A stretch of 62,245 nucleotides of DNA, filler included. It is 4 parts of 4 records of this genome, joined end to end, with 100 filler letters (N's around TTAATTAATTAA, not from the genome) between each part and the next. Parts side by side here need not be neighbours in the genome. Positions count along the whole stretch, not along the records: positions 1 to 21,580 come from SRR31156797_466; 3 more parts are not named here. One strand, given 5' to 3'. A program made the position numbers and the translations under genes. Of this stretch, positions 8,488 to 18,243 are shown one piece after another. How positions within the stretch are numbered: the first letter of the stretch is position 1; each line of letters starts with the position of its first letter. The notes beneath the pieces were generated by a model. That model made no database searches, was not told where the DNA came from, and worked only from the letters and a program-made list of their open reading frames with translations.

Positions 8488-11175
8488 ATGAAAATGGAAA
8501 AAGAGAGAGAAATAATCTATCTGCTGGATGGGAGCTCATATATTCACCGGGCTTATCACGCCATCAGGAATCTGCAAAATGCGAAGGGGTTTCCCACCAA
8601 TGCGATTTTCGGGTTCACAAAGATGATCCTCAAGCTCCTTTCGGACAGAAAACCGGGTCGTCTGGCCATTGTTTTTGATGCCAAAGGCCCCACCTTCAGG
8701 CATAAAATCTACGAGGCGTATAAAGCCAACCGACCCTCCATGCCACAGGACATGGTGGTGCAGCTCCCCTTCATCAGGAGCGTGGTGAAAAATCTCGGAA
8801 TCGCCATGCTGCAAGAGTCGGGTTACGAAGCGGACGATATCATCGGAACGCTGGCGCGGGTGGGTGAGGCGGAAGGGTTTAATGTGGTGGTGATCTCCGG
8901 TGACAAGGATTTCAGACAATTGATTCGACCGCGCGTTTCCATGTGGGACACCATGAAGGACAAAATTACCGACTACGATTCCCTGAGGGCGGCCTATGGG
9001 TTTGAACCGGAAAAATTTATCGATGTCATGGGACTTTCAGGCGATAGCTCGGACAATATTCCCGGCGTTCGTGGTGTGGGGGAAAAGACGGCGGTGGCGC
9101 TGGTGCGGGAATTCGGATCCCTTGAAGGGGTCTTTGCGCGACTGGATGAGATCAAGAAAAAGAAGTTGAAGGAAACCTTAGGCGTTTCACGGGATGCGGC
9201 GCTTTTGAGCCGGAAGTTGGTCACTATTGATCGCTTCGTCCCCGTCTCCACGGATCTCGAAAAACTGAAAGTGGGGGAACCGTCCGGGGAGGCGTTGGCC
9301 GATATTTTCAAGGAGTTGGAATTCAGGGATTTATGGGACCGTTTTGCACCCCGGGAGGAAGCGGTACCAACCGAATATGAATTGTGCCTGAATATTGGGG
9401 ATGTGAAAATCCTTGCCGAAGATATCAGGTCGGCGGGGATGCTCGCCATCGATACGGAAACCACCGGCACGGATCCCATGCGGGCCGGTTTGGTGGGCAT
9501 CTCTTTTTGTTTGAAGGAAGGAAAAGGGGTTTATCTTCCACTGGCGCATCATTATCTGGGGGTTCCGGAACAGGTCCCCTGGAATGATGCACGGGATGTT
9601 TTAAGGGAAGTTCTGGAAGATGAAGCCATTTTAAAGGTGGGACAGAACATCAAATACGATGCCTGCGTGTTGAAGCGGCATGGTGTGGCCCTTAAAGGCA
9701 TTTCATTTGACACCATGATTGCCTCTTATGTGATTAATCCCGGTTTGCGGCAGCACAACCTGGATGCCCTGTCGCAGCGCTACCTGAACCATAAGATGAT
9801 CTCTTACCAGGATGTGGTGGGAAAAGGGAAGAATGCCCGTGGTTTTGCCGTGGTATCGCTGGAAAAAGCTTGCGAATATTCCTGTGAAGACGCGGACATG
9901 ACCCTGCGATTGAAAAAAATTCTGGCTGAAAAAATAAGGTCTGAAAAAAACGAAGCGCTTTTTAAAGATCTGGAAATGAAACTCCTCCCCGTGCTCCTGG
10001 ACATGGAGATGACGGGCATTAAAATCGATACGGCGCTTTTTATGGCCATGTCCGCCGATTTTGCCGTGGAGATGAAACAGGTGGAACAAATGATCCAGGT
10101 AGACGCCGGCATGGAATTCAACCTAAACTCTCCGCAGCAGTTGGGAAAGGTGTTGTTTGAAGTTCTGAAGCTTCCGGGCGGGAAGAAAACCGCCAAAACC
10201 AAACGGTATTCCACGGATGTCAAGGTCCTTAAAAAACTCTCCGAATCCCATGAAATTGCAAGGAAAGTGCTCCGTTTCAGGTCCCTGGCCAAACTGAAAT
10301 CCACCTACCTGGATGCTTTGGTTAAAATGGTGAATCCGCAAACGGGGAGGGTGCATACATCCTTTAACCAGACCGTTGCCGCCACGGGCCGGTTGAGCAG
10401 CAGCAATCCCAACCTGCAGAACATTCCCATCCGGGGTGAAGCGGGAAGAAGAATCCGAAAAGGGTTTGTGGCAGGCAGCGGGAAGGTTCTGGTGGCGGCG
10501 GACTACAGTCAGATTGAATTGCGGGTGTTTGCCCATTATTCCCAAGACCCTGCATTTATGGCGGCGTTTGAAGAGGGGCAGGATATCCATACCCGGACCG
10601 CCCGTGAAGTATTGGGGAATGAAACGGGCGGGGTAACGCCTGAAATGCGGCGCATTGCCAAGGCCATCAACTTCGGTATCATATATGGCATGGGCCCTCA
10701 AAAACTCTCTGAAGAGCTGGGGATTTCAACTAAGGTGGCCAGAGACTACATTGATGCCTACTATGATCGATACCGGGGTGTAAAACGATTTAAGGAGAAG
10801 GCCATTGAAACCGCCGTGGAAAAGGGTTATGTTACCACCCTTTTTAACCGCAGGCGGTACCTGCCGGATATTTCTCACAACAACAACAGGATCCGATCGG
10901 AAGCGGAGCGGATGGCGGTTAACACCCCCATTCAGGGAACGGCGGCGGATTTAATTAAAAAGGCCATGATTCAGATTCACAACCGCCTGGCGGATGAAGG
11001 TTTCCATTCGAAAATGCTTTTGCAGGTGCATGATGAACTGGTCCTGGAGGCGCCGGAAGAAGAGGTGGAACGTCTCATTTCCATGATCAGGGAGGAGATG
11101 GAAGGGGTCTACCCGTTGCGGGTTCCCTTGAAAGTGGACGTTAACAAAGGCCTCAACTGGGATGAGGCGCACTGA
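8488..11175 (+). CDS. polA: DNA polymerase I
   Basis: 5'-3' exonuclease (LLDGSSYIHRAYHA, EADDIIGT, GDSSDNIPGV), 3'-5' exonuclease (AIDTET), polymerase motifs (DYSQIELR, AKAINFGIIYG, LQVHDEL). Confidence 0.98.
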   Translation: MKMEKEREIIYLLDGSSYIHRAYHAIRNLQNAKGFPTNAIFGFTKMILKLLSDRKPGRLAIVFDAKGPTFRHKIYEAYKANRPSMPQDMVVQLPFIRSVVKNLGIAMLQESGYEADDIIGTLARVGEAEGFNVVVISGDKDFRQLIRPRVSMWDTMKDKITDYDSLRAAYGFEPEKFIDVMGLSGDSSDNIPGVRGVGEKTAVALVREFGSLEGVFARLDEIKKKKLKETLGVSRDAALLSRKLVTIDRFVPVSTDLEKLKVGEPSGEALADIFKELEFRDLWDRFAPREEAVPTEYELCLNIGDVKILAEDIRSAGMLAIDTETTGTDPMRAGLVGISFCLKEGKGVYLPLAHHYLGVPEQVPWNDARDVLREVLEDEAILKVGQNIKYDACVLKRHGVALKGISFDTMIASYVINPGLRQHNLDALSQRYLNHKMISYQDVVGKGKNARGFAVVSLEKACEYSCEDADMTLRLKKILAEKIRSEKNEALFKDLEMKLLPVLLDMEMTGIKIDTALFMAMSADFAVEMKQVEQMIQVDAGMEFNLNSPQQLGKVLFEVLKLPGGKKTAKTKRYSTDVKVLKKLSESHEIARKVLRFRSLAKLKSTYLDALVKMVNPQTGRVHTSFNQTVAATGRLSSSNPNLQNIPIRGEAGRRIRKGFVAGSGKVLVAADYSQIELRVFAHYSQDPAFMAAFEEGQDIHTRTAREVLGNETGGVTPEMRRIAKAINFGIIYGMGPQKLSEELGISTKVARDYIDAYYDRYRGVKRFKEKAIETAVEKGYVTTLFNRRRYLPDISHNNNRIRSEAERMAVNTPIQGTAADLIKKAMIQIHNRLADEGFHSKMLLQVHDELVLEAPEEEVERLISMIREEMEGVYPLRVPLKVDVNKGLNWDEAH

Positions 11176-11190
11176 CTTGAGGATTTGACC

Positions 11191-12117
11191 ATGTCGTATA
11201 TTTTCGGACCGGTTCCTTCCCGGCGGCTGGGTTTGTCGTTGGGGGTGGATCTGATCCCTCACAAGACCTGTACATTCGACTGCCTTTATTGCGAGGTGGG
11301 CAGAACGACGAACAGGACCATCATCGGGAGCCCATTGGCGCCCGTGGATGAAATACTGAATCAACTTGAAAAAAGGCTTAGGGAATGTACTCCTGATGTG
11401 ATTACGCTGGCGGGATCAGGTGAACCGACCCTTCATTCTGAAATCCACCATATCATTTCAGGCATCAGGGAATTGACCGATACCCGCATCGTGATTTTGA
11501 CCAACGGGTCTCTTTTCTGGGATGAAGCCGTACGGAAGCGCGTTCTGGGGGCGGATCTGATCATGCCCACCCTGTCCAGCGCGGTTTCGCGCACATTCCA
11601 GACCATTCATCGGCCCCATGGTGATCTGACATTTCGTCGAATGGTGGACGGCTTGAAGCGGTTCAGGATGGAATTTGACGGCTTGATTTACCTGGAGGTC
11701 ATTCTCCTGGCAGGGATCAACGATACGGATGAAGAGGTGAGGGCATTGAAGCCGTTGATTCAGGAGATTCAACCGGAAAAAATTCAACTGAACACCGTGG
11801 TACGTCCGCCGGCGGATACGTGCGCCAAAGCCCTTGACAGAAAGAGACTGGAAAAGATAAAGCTTTTTTTAGGAGAACGCGCGGAAATTGTGGTGGATAT
11901 CGGGGCTGCAAAAAGGTTTATGGACCACCATACAAAAGGGAAGGGTCTGCTGGAAATGGCCAGAAGAAGGCCCCTTCGCATAAAGGATATGGCCAATTCC
12001 CTGGGGTTATCCACTGATGAAGTGGAAAGCATGGTTAAAGGGCTGCTGATCAAAGGGTATCTTCGCCGTCAGGACCATTCGGGCGAGATTTTTTATATGA
12101 GCAACGGAATGGATTGA
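11191..12117 (+). CDS. Radical SAM protein
   Basis: IFGPVPSRRLGLSLGVD N-terminus, CTFDCLYC (CxxxCxxC), GSGEPTL; GAGGA RBS before ATG 11191. Confidence 0.9.
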   Translation: MSYIFGPVPSRRLGLSLGVDLIPHKTCTFDCLYCEVGRTTNRTIIGSPLAPVDEILNQLEKRLRECTPDVITLAGSGEPTLHSEIHHIISGIRELTDTRIVILTNGSLFWDEAVRKRVLGADLIMPTLSSAVSRTFQTIHRPHGDLTFRRMVDGLKRFRMEFDGLIYLEVILLAGINDTDEEVRALKPLIQEIQPEKIQLNTVVRPPADTCAKALDRKRLEKIKLFLGERAEIVVDIGAAKRFMDHHTKGKGLLEMARRRPLRIKDMANSLGLSTDEVESMVKGLLIKGYLRRQDHSGEIFYMSNGMD

Positions 12118-12135
12118 GGCTGAAAAAGAGGAAAC

Positions 12136-15100
12136 GTGGACAGAGAGATATTTTTTGCGGGGATTGATGTCGGATCCATCAGTTTAAATGGTGTTGTGAT
12201 CAACCGGGACCGTGAAATCGTCTTCGAAGCGCCCTACGAGCGCCACCTGGGCAAAGTAAATGAACGGGTTCTGGCGCTCATTGAGGAATTGTACCGTCGG
12301 TTTGGCGAGGATGGTATCATCTCCATTTCATTTACCGGAAATCACGGCAAGAAGTTGAGCGAGAGGCTGAATACCCCATACGAATTTGAGACCATCAGCC
12401 AGGTGCTGGGTACCCTGTTTGTCAATCCTCATGTCAAAACCGTTATCAGCATGGGCGGCCAGGAGACGGCTCTTTTCCAAATCAACCATCCGGACCGGGC
12501 CGGTGAAACCAGCTCCGGAGATTGGGAGCTGGCCTATTTCAACACAAACGGCCCCTGTGCTTCCGGCACCGGTTCATTCATTGACCAGCAGGCCCAGCGG
12601 CTGGCCACCTCCATCTATTCCCGGGAGGTCAACACAAGCCAGGATCAGCTGGACCGGATATTGAATGACTTTATCGCATTGGGGAAAAAGAGTGTTAAAC
12701 CTGCCAACGTGGCCTGTCGCTGCACCGTGTTTACAAAATCGGACATGATCCATCTGCAGAACCGCGGTGAAAAGCTGGAAGATATCATTTACGGCCTTCA
12801 TGTGGGTAACGCCCGGAATTATATGAGCACAATTGTTTCCAACCGCTCACTGGAAGCGCCGGTCGTCTTTGTGGGAGGACTTTCATTAAATGAACTGCAG
12901 GTCAAAGCCCTGAAATCATATGTTCCGGATCTGGTTGTGCCGCCGTACAATACATCCATGGGGGCTCTGGGTGTGGCCCTTGCGGCACTGGAGAGAAAGA
13001 TCCAAAAGGGTTTGGATGATGGGGATACCCCTCTTGATTTGTCGTTGCTCAAACGATTGGCATCGGATCGGGGAGAGAAGGTTCCGGCGGCGCCCAGATT
13101 GGCCCTTGAGAAAACGGTTTTTCCCGAGAGCAACGCGGTGGGAGCGGATCATTATTCGCCTCTACTGAGCAAAACGCCTTTGAGAGTATTTTTGGGCATT
13201 GATATCGGCAGCACGACCACGAAATATGCACTGATCAATGAGGCCCATGAGATTGTGGGTAAAAACTATGTTCCCACCAAGGGGAAACCCATTGAAGTAA
13301 CCCAGGAACTTCTAAAGGGGTTGCTGGATAAAACAGGGGATGAAATTGAGATCGTCGGTACGGCCACCACGGGTTCCGGCCGTAATGTGGTGGGTGATTT
13401 CCTGAATGTGGACCTGATCATTGATGAAATTACCGCTCATGCCCGGGGGGCGGTGGAAATCGATCCGGAGGTTGACACCCTCTTTGAGATCGGGGGGCAG
13501 GATTCCAAATATGTTTCCATTGCCAACACCTATCCCCTGGATTTCGATATGAACAAGGTGTGTGCAGCGGGCACCGGGAGCTTTCTCCATGAATTGGCCA
13601 ATAAGTACGGTATCAGTATTGTTGAGGAATTTCAAAATATCGCCCTTTCATCGGAAGCGCCTGTAAAACTGGCCGAAAGGTGCACGGTGTTCATGGAATC
13701 GGACCTGGAGAGCTACCACCAGAAAGGTGTCGGCACGAGGGATCTGATTGCCGGGTTATGCTATGCCATTGTTTACAACTATTTGAACCGGGTGGTTGAA
13801 AAAAGGAAAGTCGGAGAACGGGTCATGTTTCTGGGTGGACCATCACTGAACAAAGGGGTGGTGGCCGCCTTTGAAAACGTGTTGGGCCGCGCCCTCGTGG
13901 TGCCTCCCCATCGTGAGGTGCTGGGAGCCTATGGTGCAGCCATCAGTGTTCACGAGCGGATGCGTCTCCTGAATGAGGAAACAACCGGTTTCAGGGGACT
14001 CGGAAGTGCCATATCGGATCGCATGGCGTACACCGAAAAAATTTGTAGGGCCGATTCTCTGTGTCACAATCAATGTAAACTGAAAATTTATGATTTTGAT
14101 GGACGTAAGAGTATTTGGGGAGGAGAGTGCGGTCGGTATGAGTTGACGCGGAACCGTGGTGCCAAGGAGACAAACTTTTTTGACCTGCGGCAGGAGATAT
14201 GGGAGACCCATATGGCGGGGGTTTATGAAACCCTGCGGGATAAACCGCTACTGCGGGTGGATGACCGGCCCACGGTGGGGTTGCAGCGGGCCCTGTACGG
14301 TTACCAGGACGCTGTTTTGTGGGCGCATTTTTTTGACCGCTTGGGATATCGGATTGTTTTAACGCCACCCACCAACGCACACCTTTCCCGGATCGGTATT
14401 GAGGCCATGACGGCGGAGACCTGCTACCCGGTAAAAGTCTCCCATGGCCACGTGAAGGAGCTGGAGGGTAAGACGGCGTTTCTTTTTCTCCCCAGTGTGG
14501 TGAACATGGGGAAAAGCCGGGACAAGGAGAAGGGCTTTTACTGCCCCATGGTGCAGAGCAATTCCTATATGGTTCGTATGGCCCTTGATCTTGACATGGC
14601 AAACGTTTTAAACCCCGTGGTCCATCTCAAGTATGACACGGAAACCCTTGCCTTGGAACTGACGAAGCAATTGCGGCCAAAACTGTCGCTCTCCGTGCAT
14701 CGGGTGCGGGATGCTCTCTATTACGCCCTGGGAAGGGAGCAACAGTTCCAGAATGCCATTTGCGGGAAAGGGTTGGAGATCCTGAAATCACACCCCGCCG
14801 GTGAACCTCTGGTGGTCGTGACCGGCAGGCCTTACAATCTCTATGATGAGCGGTTGAATCTGAGTCTGGGGCATCATCTGGCGAAAATCGGCGTTAAAGC
14901 CGTGCCCATGGATTTCATGGATGTCTCTTCGGTGGATCTGTCTGATTTCCCGTCCATGTATTGGGGACTGGGTGCGAAAATTCTGAGGACGGCTAAGATT
15001 GTGGCGTCAAACCCGGACTTTTTCGGTCTCCATTTGACCAACTTCGGGTGTGGTGCGGATTCATTCCTGGAACATTTTTTTCGGCATATTATGGGGGGTA

Positions 15101-15243
15101 AGGCCTATATGATTCTGGAGCTGGATGAGCACAGTGCCGTTGCCGGGGTTATGACCCGGCTGGAGGCGTATAAAAACGTTATTGACAATAGTATTCAAAA
15201 AGCCAAATTGGAGGCTGGAGAACCGCGAAAACTGGCCAATTGA
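12136..15243 (+). CDS. Acyl-CoA dehydratase activase (two BadF/BadG/BcrA/BcrD ASKHA ATPase domains + DUF2229-like)
   Basis: GIDVGS and GIDIGSTTTK, GGQET/GGQDSK, CASGTGSF/CAAGTGSF, CRCTVF/ERCTVF, ETCYPVKVSHGH, FGCGADS. Confidence 0.9.
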   Translation: MDREIFFAGIDVGSISLNGVVINRDREIVFEAPYERHLGKVNERVLALIEELYRRFGEDGIISISFTGNHGKKLSERLNTPYEFETISQVLGTLFVNPHVKTVISMGGQETALFQINHPDRAGETSSGDWELAYFNTNGPCASGTGSFIDQQAQRLATSIYSREVNTSQDQLDRILNDFIALGKKSVKPANVACRCTVFTKSDMIHLQNRGEKLEDIIYGLHVGNARNYMSTIVSNRSLEAPVVFVGGLSLNELQVKALKSYVPDLVVPPYNTSMGALGVALAALERKIQKGLDDGDTPLDLSLLKRLASDRGEKVPAAPRLALEKTVFPESNAVGADHYSPLLSKTPLRVFLGIDIGSTTTKYALINEAHEIVGKNYVPTKGKPIEVTQELLKGLLDKTGDEIEIVGTATTGSGRNVVGDFLNVDLIIDEITAHARGAVEIDPEVDTLFEIGGQDSKYVSIANTYPLDFDMNKVCAAGTGSFLHELANKYGISIVEEFQNIALSSEAPVKLAERCTVFMESDLESYHQKGVGTRDLIAGLCYAIVYNYLNRVVEKRKVGERVMFLGGPSLNKGVVAAFENVLGRALVVPPHREVLGAYGAAISVHERMRLLNEETTGFRGLGSAISDRMAYTEKICRADSLCHNQCKLKIYDFDGRKSIWGGECGRYELTRNRGAKETNFFDLRQEIWETHMAGVYETLRDKPLLRVDDRPTVGLQRALYGYQDAVLWAHFFDRLGYRIVLTPPTNAHLSRIGIEAMTAETCYPVKVSHGHVKELEGKTAFLFLPSVVNMGKSRDKEKGFYCPMVQSNSYMVRMALDLDMANVLNPVVHLKYDTETLALELTKQLRPKLSLSVHRVRDALYYALGREQQFQNAICGKGLEILKSHPAGEPLVVVTGRPYNLYDERLNLSLGHHLAKIGVKAVPMDFMDVSSVDLSDFPSMYWGLGAKILRTAKIVASNPDFFGLHLTNFGCGADSFLEHFFRHIMGGKAYMILELDEHSAVAGVMTRLEAYKNVIDNSIQKAKLEAGEPRKLAN

Positions 15244-15245
15244 CC

Positions 15246-16601
15246 ATGGAAAGCAACGTCATCAATTTTGAGTCTTTCAGCAATAAGGTGGGACGGTTCA
15301 GTCTCAGGGAACGAATCTGTCTGATTCCGGAAATGAATCGGCTGGGGACCCATCTCCTGGCGGCTAACTTCAGGGGATTCGGCATCCGGGCAAGAGTGCT
15401 TGAGACCTTTGTGGGGATGGATCTGGGAATGGAGCATACCTCGGGAAAGGAATGCTTTCCCTGCCAGATTACCATGGGGGATATCCTCCATTTCATGAAA
15501 CGGGAACGGGAACGTCTGGGAGAAAAATTCGATCCCGATGCCTATGTCTATTTCATGCCGGAATCTGATGGTCCGTGCCGTTTCGGCATGTATAACAAAT
15601 ACCAGCGGATTGTCCTGGATTCCTTTCCCGAATTGAGCGGACTCAGAATCGGGGCATTGACCACCGAGGACGGATATTCCCTGTCCGGAATTATTGAGGA
15701 CGACCGGGTAACCGATCTCAGGAAGACTTCCTATATGGCCCTGGTTGTGGGGGATGTTCTGGACCGATTGCTGTGGCGGGTCAGACCCTATGAAAAGGAG
15801 GCCGGGCTGGCGGATCTGGTGATTGGAAAATGCCTTGACTTTATGGCCGATGCCTTCGAACGCTTCGGGCAAAGGCTGAAATTCAACCGGATCATTACGC
15901 GTCTGGAAGCGGTCATAGAAGAGGCTAAGGCGGTCATCGATCCGGATATTCCTCCCAAACCGCTAATCGGCATGGTGGGGGAAATCTATTTGCGAACCCA
16001 TGTGAAAGCCAACCAGGACGTGATCCGCATGCTGGAAAGACATGGGGCCGAAGTGGTCAATGCATCCATAGCGGAGTGGGTCAACTACACCAGCTACGAC
16101 CGGTACAGGTCGGCCAAGACCGGTTTACGTTTCAGCCTGAAACAGTTAAAGTTGAACCGGATGAAAGGGTATTTGAAAGATCTTTTCAGGTATGGCGGGG
16201 ATCTTTTTTATCAAGAACAGAGACAAAGACAGATCTATAAAAGGGTTTCGGCCCTGATCGATCTGGCAAAGGACCACAAGATCAGCCACCTGGAAGATGT
16301 GCTCAGGGAGCAGGATTTGTATAGTTTTGATATGGGCACGGAAGCGTGCTTGAGCATTGCGGGTATGATGGAATATGTTCGTGAGGGATATAACGGTCTG
16401 GTGAATGTTTACCCGTTTACCTGTATGCCGAGCATTACCACAAGTTCCATCGTGCGGCCCCTCATGAACAAACTCAGGGTACCCTATCTGGATACCCCAT
16501 ACGATTCCAGTACCCAGCCGGGTCGGGAATCCGCTGTTCGAACTTTCATGTACCAGGCCGATCAGCATTTCAAACGTTATGGAAGGCATGTCACTAAATG
16601 A
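15246..16601 (+). CDS. 2-hydroxyacyl-CoA dehydratase/CoA-activase partner subunit
   Basis: SGKECFPC, GPCRFGMY, VGEIYLR, PFTCMP motifs. Confidence 0.82.
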   Translation: MESNVINFESFSNKVGRFSLRERICLIPEMNRLGTHLLAANFRGFGIRARVLETFVGMDLGMEHTSGKECFPCQITMGDILHFMKRERERLGEKFDPDAYVYFMPESDGPCRFGMYNKYQRIVLDSFPELSGLRIGALTTEDGYSLSGIIEDDRVTDLRKTSYMALVVGDVLDRLLWRVRPYEKEAGLADLVIGKCLDFMADAFERFGQRLKFNRIITRLEAVIEEAKAVIDPDIPPKPLIGMVGEIYLRTHVKANQDVIRMLERHGAEVVNASIAEWVNYTSYDRYRSAKTGLRFSLKQLKLNRMKGYLKDLFRYGGDLFYQEQRQRQIYKRVSALIDLAKDHKISHLEDVLREQDLYSFDMGTEACLSIAGMMEYVREGYNGLVNVYPFTCMPSITTSSIVRPLMNKLRVPYLDTPYDSSTQPGRESAVRTFMYQADQHFKRYGRHVTK

Positions 16602-18229
16602 GATTTGGATTTCGGAAGTCAAATGACGCAATGACAAAATCAAAAAAAGCGGTGCCCCAAAAAACCGACGCTCAAAGGGTTGGCGCCGCGCTGGTCAAAA
16701 CAGGCACAGGGAAAACCAAAGCAAGGAGAAAATCGTTGGGACACGCGTCAAAGATGCTGATCAATGCCGTCGAATCGGAGGAATTCCGGATCGCCGTGAT
16801 CAAAGAGGGGCGGCTGGATGGGTTTTACATCGAAACCGCTGCCACGGAACAGAAGACCGGCAATATCTACAAAGGGGTTGTGGAGAGAATCGAGCCGAGC
16901 CTGCAGGCGTGCTTTGTTAATTTTGGAAGCGAAAAGAACGGTTTTTTATCCGTTACGGATATTCATCCGGAATATTATGCCACGGACCCCGATGTCAAAA
17001 AAGAGACATCCGTGCCCCGGATCGAAAAAATCCTGAAAAAGGGGCAGGAACTTCTGGTCCAGGTCACCAAGGAGATGCAGGGGCATAAAGGTGCGCAGTT
17101 GACCACCTATCTTTCTCTGGCCAGCCGTCATCTGGTGTTGATGCCCGGGAGCAAGGGCGGCATTTCAAAGAAAATCGAGGAGGAAGAAGAACGTCAGCGC
17201 TTAAAGTCCATCATGAGCCAGTTCAAGTTTCCCGAAGGTGTGGGGTATATTGTGAGGACCGCGGCCCTGAAACAGAGTAAACGTGACCTATCAAGGGATC
17301 TCAACCGGCTGCTCCGGATGTGGAAAAACATCAAGAAAAACGTTCGGGAGGCATCGTCTTTGACCCTGGTCCATAAGGAGCAGGATGTTTGTCTGCGAAC
17401 GTTGAGAGATTATTTCACCAGCGAAATCGCCGAGGTTCTCGTTGACGACAAAGAGACCCTGGAGAAGGTGAAAGATTACATGAAGATCATCTCTCCCAGG
17501 CATCAGGGGAGGGTTAAACTTTTTAAAGAGAAACGTCCCATCTTCGCGCAATACGAAATCGAAAAACAGATTGAGACCATCTATCGCAATCGGGTGCCGT
17601 TAAAATCGGGCGGTTCTATCGTAATTGATCCCACTGAAGCGCTGGTGGCCATAGACGTAAACTCGGGTCGGTGGCGAACGGGCAAGCAAGTGGAGAACAC
17701 GGCTTTCAAAACCAATATCGAAGCCGCTGAAGAGATTGCCCGACAACTTCGCCTGCGGGATATGGGCGGATTGGTGGTGATTGATTTTATCGACATGCGG
17801 GAGAAAAAGCATATTCGGGAAGTGGAAAAAGTGGTGCGGGATATGGCCAAAGAAGATCGGGCCAAGATCAGCGTTTCCCATATTTCCAAATTCGGTCTTC
17901 TGGAACTGTCGCGTCAGCGCCTTCGCCCTTCCATCGAATCGGTGAGTTATCAAACCTGTGAGTATTGCAATGGACGGGGGATTGTGCCGTCCGTTGAAAC
18001 GGCCGCCATTTCATTTTTGCGCCGCATCCGCATGGGATTGAGCAAGAAGGGGATTTTACAGGTAAAGGGGGTGCTTTCCGAGGAGGTGGTTGATTATCTG
18101 CAAAACCGCAAAAGAAAAGACCTGGCCCATATGGAATCACGCCATGGTCTGGAGATTATCTTGCGGGGGGACCCGTCCCTTTCACCCGACGGGGGCATTC
18201 TGGAATTCATCAAAGAGGACCGCAGCTGA
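16598..18229 (+). CDS. Ribonuclease E/G family (Rne/Rng)
   Basis: GNIYKGVVERIEPSLQACFV (S1), IDVNSG, QLRLRDMGGLVVIDFIDM, Zn-link CEYCNGRG. True start may be 16631. Confidence 0.93.
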   Translation: MRFGFRKSNDAMTKSKKAVPQKTDAQRVGAALVKTGTGKTKARRKSLGHASKMLINAVESEEFRIAVIKEGRLDGFYIETAATEQKTGNIYKGVVERIEPSLQACFVNFGSEKNGFLSVTDIHPEYYATDPDVKKETSVPRIEKILKKGQELLVQVTKEMQGHKGAQLTTYLSLASRHLVLMPGSKGGISKKIEEEEERQRLKSIMSQFKFPEGVGYIVRTAALKQSKRDLSRDLNRLLRMWKNIKKNVREASSLTLVHKEQDVCLRTLRDYFTSEIAEVLVDDKETLEKVKDYMKIISPRHQGRVKLFKEKRPIFAQYEIEKQIETIYRNRVPLKSGGSIVIDPTEALVAIDVNSGRWRTGKQVENTAFKTNIEAAEEIARQLRLRDMGGLVVIDFIDMREKKHIREVEKVVRDMAKEDRAKISVSHISKFGLLELSRQRLRPSIESVSYQTCEYCNGRGIVPSVETAAISFLRRIRMGLSKKGILQVKGVLSEEVVDYLQNRKRKDLAHMESRHGLEIILRGDPSLSPDGGILEFIKEDRS

Positions 18230-18243
18230 ATGTGGGGTAAGTA

